A stretch of DNA of 64,000 bases from an uncultured virus (IMG/VR IMGVR_UViG_3300003322_001263) (lineage: Duplodnaviria; Heunggongvirae; Uroviricota; Caudoviricetes): the IMG/VR virus record IMGVR_UViG_3300003322_001263. One strand, 5' to 3'. Of the stretch, positions 19,740 through 28,796 are shown piece after piece (within the stretch, counting starts at the first letter, position 1; the number at the start of each line of letters is the position of its first letter). The notes beneath the pieces are model-generated. The model was not told the DNA's origin and searched no databases. It was given only the letters and a program-made list of their open reading frames with translations. Both the position numbers and the translations under genes were made by a program.

Positions 19740-20348
19740 ATGATTACATGCCATAGCATAAAACGTATTACAAGCCTTGCATTCGAAAGTTATTTGCTAT
19801 TACCACAATATAGCCATAGCTATCTAAAGAACGAAAAACACGGTTTTAACCAGTATAAAACGACTACTTTAAAAATGCAATTGGGCAGCATGGTAGATGC
19901 ATTGCGTACAGGCGGTCAAGTTGATATGAGACATAGCGCATACCCTATCGCAAAAAAAATATCCGCTCATTTAAAAGCAGAACTTGGAAGTTTTTTAGAC
20001 AAGCTTGAAAAACAAGTAAGCTATACTGGCATAATGCGCTATGATGCAGGCAAGGCAATTTTTGACTTGCCGGTTAAGGGTAGGCCAGATTTTGAATTAC
20101 CGGGTGAACTTATTGTTGATTTAAAGGTAACCGGCGAACCGAAAGAAAAGATTGATGGCATGATCAAATTTATGGGTTATCCAAATCAGCAATTTGGATA
20201 TGGTAAATTAGGCGGCGTAAAAACCGCTTTATTGTTAATTTATACAACAAAAACAAACGAAATAGTATTACCATTAAAACACATACCCATAGGAGATACT
20301 AGTGTTTGGTGGCAAGAAAAAATTTTAAAATTTGGTAAAGCCGTATAA
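19740..20348 (+). CDS. PD-(D/E)xK exonuclease (RecE/ExoVIII-like), likely RecT partner
   Basis: SHSYLK, MQLGSMVD, VKGRPD...IVDLKVT, GYPNQ...Y. Confidence 0.72.
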   Translation: MITCHSIKRITSLAFESYLLLPQYSHSYLKNEKHGFNQYKTTTLKMQLGSMVDALRTGGQVDMRHSAYPIAKKISAHLKAELGSFLDKLEKQVSYTGIMRYDAGKAIFDLPVKGRPDFELPGELIVDLKVTGEPKEKIDGMIKFMGYPNQQFGYGKLGGVKTALLLIYTTKTNEIVLPLKHIPIGDTSVWWQEKILKFGKAV

Positions 20349-20350
20349 AT

Positions 20351-20617
20351 ATGAATTTAAAAATAGTCAATGAACAATCTGCTGAGATTTCTATAAAATT
20401 TGGTATAACTAGTCAGCGGCGCGATGAACTGCTTGCCCATGTAGAAAAAGTGTATTGGCTTGTCGCTAAAGGCACGGTTACCCCGTTAGTTGCGCAATAC
20501 GAAAAAATTGCCGAGGCATGTAATACTATAGAAGAATACACTATGTGCATGCATTGCTTTATAATGAATATTAGCAAGATCGGCAGGCCAATCGATGATT
20601 CACTTTTTAAAAATTAG
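20351..20617 (+). CDS. Hypothetical protein (paralog family A)
   Basis: LKIVN..S......GIT..R shared with 56964..57278. Confidence 0.6.
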   Translation: MNLKIVNEQSAEISIKFGITSQRRDELLAHVEKVYWLVAKGTVTPLVAQYEKIAEACNTIEEYTMCMHCFIMNISKIGRPIDDSLFKN

Positions 20618-20620
20618 CAT

Positions 20621-21004
20621 ATGGCACGCCGTAGTATAACCGCGCAGCGCAAAAAAGATGAAAAATTAAACGCATACGATGAAAAGCAATTTCGTACCCG
20701 CGCATTATGGCATTACCATAAGCCAACGAAAGCTGAAAAATATTTTTGGCATTTATTTGAAAATGAAAAGCGCGCTATTGAACAAGGTAACCCCCTCAGT
20801 AAAAAAGATATTATGTATATACATTCTTTAGATAAAGAATTTTATGCATTGCAGGCGCAGATAAACGATGAAAACAATGTAGACGTGCAAGACCAACGTA
20901 CATGGATACAGCAACAGCATGATATTTTAGAAGAACAGGAAAAAATATATAATAAGTATTATGAAAAAGGACATCCAAAAAAATCAACAAATAATAAGCG
21001 ATAA
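20621..21004 (+). CDS. Hypothetical protein
   Basis: 127-aa ORF. Confidence 0.55.
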   Translation: MARRSITAQRKKDEKLNAYDEKQFRTRALWHYHKPTKAEKYFWHLFENEKRAIEQGNPLSKKDIMYIHSLDKEFYALQAQINDENNVDVQDQRTWIQQQHDILEEQEKIYNKYYEKGHPKKSTNNKR

Positions 21005-21230
21005 AGGGCTGCGGGTTTATGCCGATAACACCATATATATAGACCTAAGCCTATGGACAACGCAGGCATTGCTTACTGAAAAACTTAATGTAAGCCGCAA
21101 TACAGTCAATAACCGGGTACGCAGGTATGAGCAAAATGGCACTTTGCGTACTTACTACATAGAACAATTGGGTATAAAGCTAATTCCTAACGTTGATAAT
21201 ATCAATAAGTTAGGTAAATCTAAAAAATAA
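20961..21230 (+). CDS. HTH protein
   Basis: WTTQALLTEKLNVSRNTVNNRVRR. Confidence 0.65.
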   Translation: MKKDIQKNQQIISDKGLRVYADNTIYIDLSLWTTQALLTEKLNVSRNTVNNRVRRYEQNGTLRTYYIEQLGIKLIPNVDNINKLGKSKK

Positions 21231-21235
21231 ACAAA

Positions 21236-21294
21236 AAAATATTTGCTTAAAAGTTTGTTGGTATCGCCAACGGTTGTATATTTACATCACAATA
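21236..21294 (+). promoter_or_regulatory. Bacteroidota sigma-A-type promoter
   Basis: TTTG(21254)-19 nt-TATATTTA(21277); upstream AAAAATATTTG. Confidence 0.6.
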
Positions 21295-21518
21295 AACGCT
21301 AAAGCAAATATGGAAAAATATCCTTTATACACCGTTACAATGTGGTTTTATAGTACCACTTTCCCATATGCCCTTTTACAAAAAATCGAATTTAAAGGCA
21401 TGTCTTATTTACAAGCGCTAAAGCAAAAAGATTTCTTTGAAAGCGTTAGCCAAAATAAAGGGCTAGATTCATATTTAGCAATAGAACAATAACTTTTTAT
21501 ACTCAAACACACACTTTT

Positions 21519-21767
21519 ATGAAAAAAGCACACATTTTGCAAGCCCCAAACCCATTCGGCCCCGAAACCGCTGCTGAAAAATTGGCTAAAAAATTCCCGC
21601 AAACTTTTGTCCACCTGCGCCGCGACACCACTTACATGACAGCGGATGCCTTATGGGCTGACATGGTGCTGGCCGGTATTAAACAGGATGATTTACCAGC
21701 TATGGAAGCGGCAATACAAATGCCCGGCTTTGCGCGCATAGAGCAATTTAAACGGTATTTGAAATAA
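21519..21767 (+). CDS. Hypothetical protein
   Basis: 82-aa ORF. Confidence 0.55.
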   Translation: MKKAHILQAPNPFGPETAAEKLAKKFPQTFVHLRRDTTYMTADALWADMVLAGIKQDDLPAMEAAIQMPGFARIEQFKRYLK

Positions 21768-21793
21768 CCTGTAGTGCAATTCCCCAACCAGCA

Positions 21794-21869
21794 AACACCG
21801 GGACGAAAACGCAAAATTGCGGCTTTATAGCGAATAAAGCGTAGACGTGGGTCGAACCTAACCGGTGTT
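21794..21869 (+). ncRNA. Cloverleaf-like structured RNA (degenerate tRNA-like)
   Basis: Closing stem AACACCGG/CCGGTGTT around three hairpins, the last being TGGGT-CGA-ACCTA. Confidence 0.4.
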
Positions 21870-22233
21870 CTATTTTTTCACCTCCCAACCACAGAAACAT
21901 GAAACAAGTTTACTACAACGCATTTATACAATGCATTGCTTTAACGGGCGCATTTACCGCGCTGTTGGTAGCTACAAAGTTCTTATAGGTACAGACGGTT
22001 CATCACTAGTGCCCGTTCATAGCATCGAATGCAACGGGCACATTTTTTAACCTTTAAAAAGTAAAGCAATGAAGTATTTACTGTTTTACCCCGTAATATG
22101 GCCCGTTGCATTTTTATTGGCCTTTATGTGGGACTTTAGTTTCAAAAATGCTTTTAACGCCGCAAATGATGCGGTTAGAATACTGCAACAAGGCCCGCAA
22201 GATTTATAATTTTTAAATAAAACAACCGTAAAA

Positions 22234-22935
22234 ATGAAACATTTATTTTTTGCCTTATTGGCAACCGTAGCCCTTTTTAGTTGTAAGCCGGAAAAAATTT
22301 CAAATGCGCCCGCACAATTTGGGCCGGGTAATTACCGCGCCGGATTTGTTAGCGCAAGCACTGGCGACACAACATGGACAGCCACGCGCAGCGCAGCGCG
22401 TATTGAAACTACAGGCTTGGATAGCGCAGGTGATACAAAGCTAAAAGCCGTTTTAATTGCCTACGATGGGCATGGCGTATATACGTTACAGGTAACTAAT
22501 CTTACCGATTGCCAACAGATTATACGCTGGAGTTGGGATGGCAACTTAAGCATAAACGTTATACAGCCGCTTGACAGCACAGCAAACACGCCGCAAAGCG
22601 ATGTGCTTAAGGCACACCAAACGAAAACGTTTCAACTTATAGGCACTGCAAAAACTGGCCGCATTAAATTGCAGGCCGAAAACCAAACCGGCCAATGTGG
22701 CAACAGTAGCACATTAATTATAAGCATTACCACGGCAATATTGCCAATTGTTTATACAGATTTTAATGTAACGTATAACGAAAGCCTAGGACGTGTATTT
22801 ATTAACTTTACCATAAGCGACCCCGCCGACTTACGTTGTACTGTTATACAGCACCTTGACGGCAAAGATTATAAAACTGTTTTGGTAGCCCTTGGAGACG
22901 ACAATATAGCTAAGTATAGCATTAAACTACCATAA
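22234..22935 (+). CDS. Lipoprotein
   Basis: Lipobox LFSC; ILPIVYTDF motif like host T9SS-cargo linkers. Confidence 0.7.
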   Translation: MKHLFFALLATVALFSCKPEKISNAPAQFGPGNYRAGFVSASTGDTTWTATRSAARIETTGLDSAGDTKLKAVLIAYDGHGVYTLQVTNLTDCQQIIRWSWDGNLSINVIQPLDSTANTPQSDVLKAHQTKTFQLIGTAKTGRIKLQAENQTGQCGNSSTLIISITTAILPIVYTDFNVTYNESLGRVFINFTISDPADLRCTVIQHLDGKDYKTVLVALGDDNIAKYSIKLP

Positions 22936-22937
22936 AT

Positions 22938-23258
22938 ATGCAAAAAGAAAACATAGTACACCCAGTTGGTGCGGTGCTAAAAGAAAAATCAACCAACCTA
23001 TTTGGAATTGTGTATGCGATGGATAGCGATGGCGATTACAAAGTAATAGATAGCGATGGCGACCGTAATACTTTTATGCAAGATGACATTGAGGTTTATT
23101 CTATTGAACAATTAATTAGAGAGAAAAACGTCATTATATTGCCTAGTATTACTGATATGTATAATGGTGTATTAAATTTTAATGATCGCAAATTATACGT
23201 AGGTTGCCAAGCAATACCATTTGAAAAGGTGCAAGAAATTGCCGCCTTGTGTAAATAA
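22938..23258 (+). CDS. Hypothetical protein
   Basis: 106 aa with duplicated DSDGD. Confidence 0.55.
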   Translation: MQKENIVHPVGAVLKEKSTNLFGIVYAMDSDGDYKVIDSDGDRNTFMQDDIEVYSIEQLIREKNVIILPSITDMYNGVLNFNDRKLYVGCQAIPFEKVQEIAALCK

Positions 23259-23318
23259 AACTTAAACCCCGAACGCTATAGCACACTTAGCAACGTGCCG
23301 GGGGCCAAATTAAAAACC

Positions 23319-23510
23319 ATGAACCGTTATTTACTATTTGCCGGTGATACATACTACCCGGCTGGCGGCTGGAATGATTTAAAAGGTGATTACACCAACC
23401 TTGAAGAAGCAAAATGGGTAGCGAGCATGATGTACACTGAACGAAAATGCGATTGGTGGCAAATAGTAGATACCCACATAAATAAAATTATTAAAACTAA
23501 TAAACAATGA
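23319..23510 (+). CDS. Hypothetical phage protein
   Basis: YLLFAGDTYYPAGGWND...DWWQIVD, a motif typical of small phage proteins. Confidence 0.65.
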   Translation: MNRYLLFAGDTYYPAGGWNDLKGDYTNLEEAKWVASMMYTERKCDWWQIVDTHINKIIKTNKQ

Positions 23511-23737
23511 ACCAGGCAATTTTGCAGCAAAACGGCCCCGTTACCATTGACCAAGTAAAACAACTGCAACACGATTACGCCCGCAGCCATGCCGGGGCAG
23601 TAGCTATAGTAAGCGCAAGACTACCTGCCGAACACGGTCCTATTACAAGCAAGAAACTTTTTGTAGAAGGCAATCAACTGGTATACGAATTTTACCGCGC
23701 CCGCAATAAAGACAACAAATTTTATATAATATTTTAA
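23507..23737 (+). CDS. Hypothetical protein
   Basis: 76 aa, ATGA-type overlap. Confidence 0.5.
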   Translation: MNQAILQQNGPVTIDQVKQLQHDYARSHAGAVAIVSARLPAEHGPITSKKLFVEGNQLVYEFYRARNKDNKFYIIF

Positions 23738-23748
23738 ACCCATTTTTT

Positions 23749-23976
23749 ATGAAGCGATTGTTATTGTTATTACCCATTATTGTATTGGTAAGCTGTCAAC
23801 ATGAGCACCATGTTAAAGCGCAGATCACGTTCCAAACCGGCCAAAAAGATACGGTAGAATACACGTATTGGGATTTAGTTGAACAAGAAGTAGATATTGA
23901 TAAAGGCGACGTGTTTGTGCATAGAAATGGTACACTTGCCAGTGGCGCGCGCAGTTTTAAACTTTTAAAACCATAG
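23749..23976 (+). CDS. Small lipoprotein
   Basis: MKRLLLLLPIIVLVSC lipobox. Confidence 0.65.
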   Translation: MKRLLLLLPIIVLVSCQHEHHVKAQITFQTGQKDTVEYTYWDLVEQEVDIDKGDVFVHRNGTLASGARSFKLLKP

Positions 23977-24409
23977 CCATGTTACAAGTAGCCGCCATCG
24001 TCATAGTAATTGAATTGTATACTTTTATTGCCTGTGTTATGGCAAGCCAATACCAAAAAGACTATGACAAGCTTTTAGAAAAAGATAAACATGCCGCTGA
24101 GGCTATGTTACAAGCTACTACACACGTAATTTTTTAACCTTTAAATATTATAATTATGTTCGTGAATTTGCTTGCTGCTATTGAGGCAGACATTAACCAG
24201 ACTGTGCAAAAAATGAAAGAAATAAACTGGCCTGCCAATAGCGACCAACAATACGCTGAACTTGCAATAAAAAAGCAACAGCTTGCGGACCTTGCCATGC
24301 GGTATATTAACTTAGAAAACCAATACCGACAAGTTAGTGGTGCAAATAGCATCTACTAACAGTAACAAACAAACACTTTATTTTTTTTAACTAGTAACAC
24401 AAAAAAGTT

Positions 24410-25399
24410 ATGCCTACGTACTTAAAGGCCAGCGATACCGCTATAATAGATCTACACGAGCTGGCAATACAAAACGATAATCCAAAGATTAGCCATTACC
24501 GCCAAGGTTATGAAAAGTTTTTTAATAACACGCCTTTAATTAATTCACCCGCTCAGCAATTGGATGATTTAGATAGGGTTAATTACGTAATGGGTGGGTT
24601 AAGCTGGCAGCTTGCTCAAGAGCGATGGGTTGGGCATAATACACCCATTAAGAACCAATTTTTGCGCACTGTTTTAGCAATGGAAAAACCGGCTTGCAAT
24701 AGTATGACATTGCGTTCTGGCTACGAATTACAGGTTATTAATTGGAAGGACGGCGCAATTACACCAATACATGGCCACCCCTATGGATATATGAATGTTC
24801 GCCTTGTATTTGGTAAAGTAAAACAAGCCACTTACCGGCTTGTAGATGCAACTAAAAGGCTTGTACGCCCAATTGCCTTAGAATTGCTTTGTAATACCAA
24901 TGATATATTAAGCGATGGCTATAGCGATTATAAAGGCGTTACAGACGGTGCTTTTATACACGAACTTACCTTTTTAGAGCCCAGTGCAACGTTGCACCTT
25001 GTGCCGGAACATCCATCCGATGCGGCCAATAACATCTTTATAAAAGAAGAATTTGGGTTTAAGCATGTTAATTTTCAATTGGAAGATTTTGTTGCTATAA
25101 GTCTTAACGCTACATTAAAATTGATGCCCGGCGATGTGATTTTAGTGCGCAGCAATACTACCAAAGATTTAGGTGATCACTTTTATGTTATTACCGATGC
25201 CCCGCGTCAAAAAAAGGCGGGCCTCCGTCCGGTTGGTACAGCTATACAAGCCAGCGAAGATTTTAGTAAACTGTTAGATACAGTAGAACCGCAAGGTGAT
25301 AATATTCGCATAATGCGCTTAATGCCTCGTGTGCGTGATTGGTTTTTGGAGTGGCATGGTATACGGGTACAAAAAACACTTGTTTTCCCAAAACCATAA
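24410..25399 (+). CDS. Cysteine-dioxygenase-like cupin with extra C-terminal domain
   Basis: YEL..I.W..G..TPIHGH, G.V....Y, FIHEL, TLHL. Confidence 0.7.
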   Translation: MPTYLKASDTAIIDLHELAIQNDNPKISHYRQGYEKFFNNTPLINSPAQQLDDLDRVNYVMGGLSWQLAQERWVGHNTPIKNQFLRTVLAMEKPACNSMTLRSGYELQVINWKDGAITPIHGHPYGYMNVRLVFGKVKQATYRLVDATKRLVRPIALELLCNTNDILSDGYSDYKGVTDGAFIHELTFLEPSATLHLVPEHPSDAANNIFIKEEFGFKHVNFQLEDFVAISLNATLKLMPGDVILVRSNTTKDLGDHFYVITDAPRQKKAGLRPVGTAIQASEDFSKLLDTVEPQGDNIRIMRLMPRVRDWFLEWHGIRVQKTLVFPKP

Positions 25400-25411
25400 A
25401 TAACCATTATT

Positions 25412-25702
25412 ATGAAACGGTTCTTAATTTGGGTTAATATACCCTACCAAATTGCCAACCATGTAGTAGGCAAACACCATACACAAGCCCATAGGCGTAT
25501 AGCTGGCTTTTTTGTAATGTTTTGCGGTGTAGGTATAGCGCATTTTGCACAGCATGAATTTAACGCTGTAGTCGGTTTATTTGGCGACCTTATAGGTTAT
25601 AGCATACACGCAACCGGTTTTATGCCATACGCTACCGCAATTGAAAACAGCATTATTGAACACCAAAAAACAGAACAAAATGAACACCAACCATGCAACT
25701 AA
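25412..25702 (+). CDS. Small His-rich membrane protein
   Basis: Two hydrophobic helices; between the cupin and the isocyanide synthase. Confidence 0.6.
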   Translation: MKRFLIWVNIPYQIANHVVGKHHTQAHRRIAGFFVMFCGVGIAHFAQHEFNAVVGLFGDLIGYSIHATGFMPYATAIENSIIEHQKTEQNEHQPCN

Positions 25703-26585
25703 TCAAATATTAGATACGTTTAGCCGTTACCGTATGGCACCAACTGCCATAGATCAATATGAAACAACCGGCAAGCTAATACTTGCCCAACGCATAGATG
25801 GCTTTGTAAATAGCCAGCAAACAATACGGTTTGCCATGCTTGGCTTCCCGTTTAAAAGCACTAATACGCGCGATAAAGTACTTGGCACTTTACCAGATTT
25901 AGGCGAACAGCTTACCGTTGAAAATTTTGAAGCCTTTAATGCCGACGTTAAAAAGGTATATGCGCCGGGGGTTAAAATAGTGGTAGCTAGTGATGGATAT
26001 GTATTTAATGACCTATTAAGCATTAGCGATTCTATAGTGCGAACATACGCGCAGGTAAGTAGTAATTTCAGCGGAGACAACACCATGGAAATAATAGACC
26101 TTAATCGCTTTTATAGCGATGGCAGTATGGCCGATAAACGCAACCGGCTTATGCAACAATTTGGCTATACTTGGGAAAAAATGGAACAAGAAATACTTTT
26201 TAACCCCGATGTTAACTTTTTATACCGGGGGATGCTAAAGTTTATGAGCGAAGAACTTGCATGGCATGACTTTCCAAGCAAAAACCAGCGCGAAAAGGCT
26301 GCTAAAAAACTTGTGCGTGAAATGATGCTACGCAACGAAGCCTATAATTTGCTTGTGCGCAAGGAACTTGCCGACCACATACGGCTAAGTATGCACCCAA
26401 GTGTAAATAATGGTTATAAATACAGTTTTAAACTGATCCCGGGTGAGCATACCAATCATAGCGCGTGGCATAGTGCTATTGTTATGCATAACGGACAAGC
26501 TGCTACTATGCATAAAAAAGATGCTCTTGCCGCAGGTTACCAATTAGTATATAAAGACGGCCAGCCTTACAATTTTGAATATTAA
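25680..26585 (+). CDS. Isocyanide (isonitrile) synthase, Dit1/PvcA family
   Basis: GFPFKS.N..KVLG.LPDLGE, VYAPG, SDGYVFNDLL, IRLSMHP, AWH. Confidence 0.9.
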   Translation: MNTNHATNQILDTFSRYRMAPTAIDQYETTGKLILAQRIDGFVNSQQTIRFAMLGFPFKSTNTRDKVLGTLPDLGEQLTVENFEAFNADVKKVYAPGVKIVVASDGYVFNDLLSISDSIVRTYAQVSSNFSGDNTMEIIDLNRFYSDGSMADKRNRLMQQFGYTWEKMEQEILFNPDVNFLYRGMLKFMSEELAWHDFPSKNQREKAAKKLVREMMLRNEAYNLLVRKELADHIRLSMHPSVNNGYKYSFKLIPGEHTNHSAWHSAIVMHNGQAATMHKKDALAAGYQLVYKDGQPYNFEY

Positions 26586-26604
26586 ACAAACTAGAGTGTA
26601 TAAC

Positions 26605-26928
26605 ATGAAAAAGTTCAAACAAGAAGTGGCAACAGTTGCCTTTGATTATAATGAAGACGGTACTTTAGAAAGTGCGGTATTGTGGCCAAAGTTAAAAGTA
26701 ACCAAAGACGAAGTTATTGATCAACTTGGCAACTGTAAAAACAAAACTATAGACGAAGTTACACAAGCGGCTGAATTAATGCTTGGGGCTTTTTTTGCAC
26801 GCACAAACGATGTTGAACTTCGTGATATGGAAACCACCGAATTAAAGGCCGAAGTTATTGCCGCAACAAAGTATAACGACGGCACGTTGAGGCACGTAGA
26901 AATACGGTTTATTTTTAAGGGCAAATAA
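26605..26928 (+). CDS. Hypothetical protein
   Basis: ORF with an internally duplicated YN.DGTL motif. Confidence 0.55.
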   Translation: MKKFKQEVATVAFDYNEDGTLESAVLWPKLKVTKDEVIDQLGNCKNKTIDEVTQAAELMLGAFFARTNDVELRDMETTELKAEVIAATKYNDGTLRHVEIRFIFKGK

Positions 26929-27294
26929 CTAACATGCGCGCGTAAAAACGCGCGCATGTGTTTTTAAATTTTAAAATTATGGGATTTTATATCAATCAAA
27001 TTAATGGCGTAGATGCGCCCCGTAAAGGCAAAGCTGAATTTATAGCAGCCAATACAAATACATTATTTATTGAACCGCCTACTGAATGGCGAGAAGGATT
27101 AGTTTGCGTAATAGATAACGGTGTATTTGATGCTGCTGGGTATGCGTATGACGAAGACGAAATGCGCGTATTTTTATCGCCTGATCATAATAGGCCACGC
27201 CCGCGGCAATGGCTATTAGTTCCAGAAGCCAAGGCAATAGTTGGATATAAAGAGTAATTAACTAACATGCACATGCGTAAAAGTGTGCGCATGT
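26926..27294 (+). repeat. Two related hairpins (TAACTAACATGC...GCATGT) flanking ORF 26979..27257
   Basis: 26926-26959 and 27259-27294. Confidence 0.65.
26979..27257 (+). CDS. Hypothetical phage protein
   Basis: MGFYIN...LVCVIDNG.FDAAGYAY. Confidence 0.65.
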   Translation: MGFYINQINGVDAPRKGKAEFIAANTNTLFIEPPTEWREGLVCVIDNGVFDAAGYAYDEDEMRVFLSPDHNRPRPRQWLLVPEAKAIVGYKE

Positions 27295-27327
27295 ATTTAA
27301 AATTTAACTTCACTAAAAAAATACAAA

Positions 27328-27651
27328 ATGAACATCAATCTTGACCTTAATGCCCAAACGCCTTACGGCATGTTTAATTTAGATGAACAACAAAGCGATG
27401 AATTACTTAATCATATAGCAGCCGTATGTGAGCGTGCGCTTAAAAAATTCCCAAAAGAATACGCCGTGCTTGGCGTTGTGCAAGAATCAGATAGCCATAC
27501 GGGGGAGCTTATGCATCGGTTAGATAACGGCAGGATTATAAATGAAATGCTTGAAATTGCACAAAACGAAAACGAAAAGAACTACATTTTGTATTTAGCC
27601 TTTACCGGTATTAGCCGTGTATCATATTTATTGTTTGGAGAACAGGTTTAA
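27328..27651 (+). CDS. Hypothetical protein (possible paralog family A)
   Basis: 107-aa ORF. Confidence 0.55.
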   Translation: MNINLDLNAQTPYGMFNLDEQQSDELLNHIAAVCERALKKFPKEYAVLGVVQESDSHTGELMHRLDNGRIINEMLEIAQNENEKNYILYLAFTGISRVSYLLFGEQV

Positions 27652-27706
27652 TTGATTTTTATTTTTATAAAATACTGTAATATTGCTGCCTGCAATAAAC
27701 TATAGT

Positions 27707-28204
27707 ATGAACGAACAAGAATTTATTAAGAATATACAAGCGCATGAACAAGATATTCATAAAGTGTGCCGTATTTATTATAAAGAGTATAGCCGGGAGG
27801 ATTTAATGCAAGAAATTATTGCAGAAACGTGGAGGTCGCTAGGCAAATGGAAAAATAATTGTAAATTTAGCACATGGCTGCAAACAATAGCGCGTAACGT
27901 TTGCATAAATACGTTACGTAAAAAAGCAACACAGCCTAAAATTATTTTATGTGGCGACTACAATAATGAAATTAAATACGAAGATAACAGTGACGACCTT
28001 ATTAAACAATTACAGGTACATGAATGTTATAATAGTATTATAAACACAATAGAAAAACCATACAGATTGCTTTTCCATAAATATGTATATGGTGCAACCT
28101 TCAAGGAATTAGAACAACTATCTGGCATAAACGCAAATGCCTTGCGGGTTAAAATATATCGCATAAAAAAGCAAATAAAAATTTTCGCTAACCAAGCTCT
28201 GTGA
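27707..28204 (+). CDS. ECF sigma-70 factor 3
   Basis: IHKVCRIY, EDLMQEI...W, KFSTWL..IARN.CI..LRK, SGINANALRVKIYRIK. Confidence 0.88.
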   Translation: MNEQEFIKNIQAHEQDIHKVCRIYYKEYSREDLMQEIIAETWRSLGKWKNNCKFSTWLQTIARNVCINTLRKKATQPKIILCGDYNNEIKYEDNSDDLIKQLQVHECYNSIINTIEKPYRLLFHKYVYGATFKELEQLSGINANALRVKIYRIKKQIKIFANQAL

Positions 28205-28319
28205 TTTTATGCCCCTCCGCTAAAATCACCCGGCCATGCGTTTCTACGCTTGTGGCCCACTTTTTAAAAAAGTTCTTTTAAATATATTAGTTACGTAAGG
28301 TTTCTAATTGGCAAGCCTT

Positions 28320-28394
28320 AACGCGGTAGCTTAAATACGGTAAAGCAGTAGAGGCTAATCTATTGATGCGGGTTCGATCCCCGTTCGCGTGCAA
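28320..28394 (+). tRNA. Atypical tRNA-like element; 6-nt anticodon loop GGCTAA, identity unclear
   Basis: Acceptor ACGCGG/TCGCGT, D arm GCTT/AAGC, stem GTAGA/TCTAT, T arm GCGGG-TTCGATC-CCCGT. Confidence 0.6.
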
Positions 28395-28480
28395 ATCTGA
28401 TTTTAAAACAATCAGGTGTTACGTGTTAAATTTTCATAATAAAAGTGTTATGGGCGGCGTTTCTACGCTGCCCAATTTAC

Positions 28481-28604
28481 GCGCCCGTTGCGAAATTGGT
28501 TATAAGCTGCTACAGGTGACACCCTGTATAAAAAGATCGTAAGCGATGCAGTGGCCGCGTTCGTGGTACTGCGTTTGCAGGTTCGAATCCTGCCGGGTGC
28601 GCAA
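28481..28604 (+). ncRNA. tRNA-like RNA of about 120 nt with an expanded multi-hairpin centre
   Basis: Acceptor GCGCCCG/CGGGTGC (G3.U70), T arm GCAGG-TTCGAAT-CCTGC, Leu-like D region, three internal hairpins. Confidence 0.65.
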
Positions 28605-28796
28605 TTTTTCTTCCTTTGGGTTCAATAGCAATCGTATGCAGTTTGCAAAATGGGTTGGAAACTGCTCGGCAAGGTGTTTCTACACTTTGCTTTTAAATTT
28701 ATTTTTTATATATTTCATAAGGGCCACTTTAGTAATTTAAAGGTTAACACGGGCGTCTATTTCCATAGCGCGCCCCTTTTTTTAAACTATATAATT

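Noticed and set aside
26926..27294. Integron attC sites
   Set aside because: No proper RYYYAAC/GTTRRRY pair and no integrase; kept only as repeated hairpins
28320..28394. Amber suppressor tRNA and TAG recoding
   Set aside because: The loop has 6 nt and no U33; genes are full length in the standard code
28205..28796. CRISPR array or Cas12a-type repeat (TTTCTAC)
   Set aside because: Only the loop is constant; stems and spacing vary; no AATTTCTAC-N4-GTAGAT repeat and no cas gene
28546..28796. ORF 28546..28740 and the N-terminal extension of 28650..29309
   Set aside because: They overlap tRNA-like and hairpin structures; ATG 28797 is the better start
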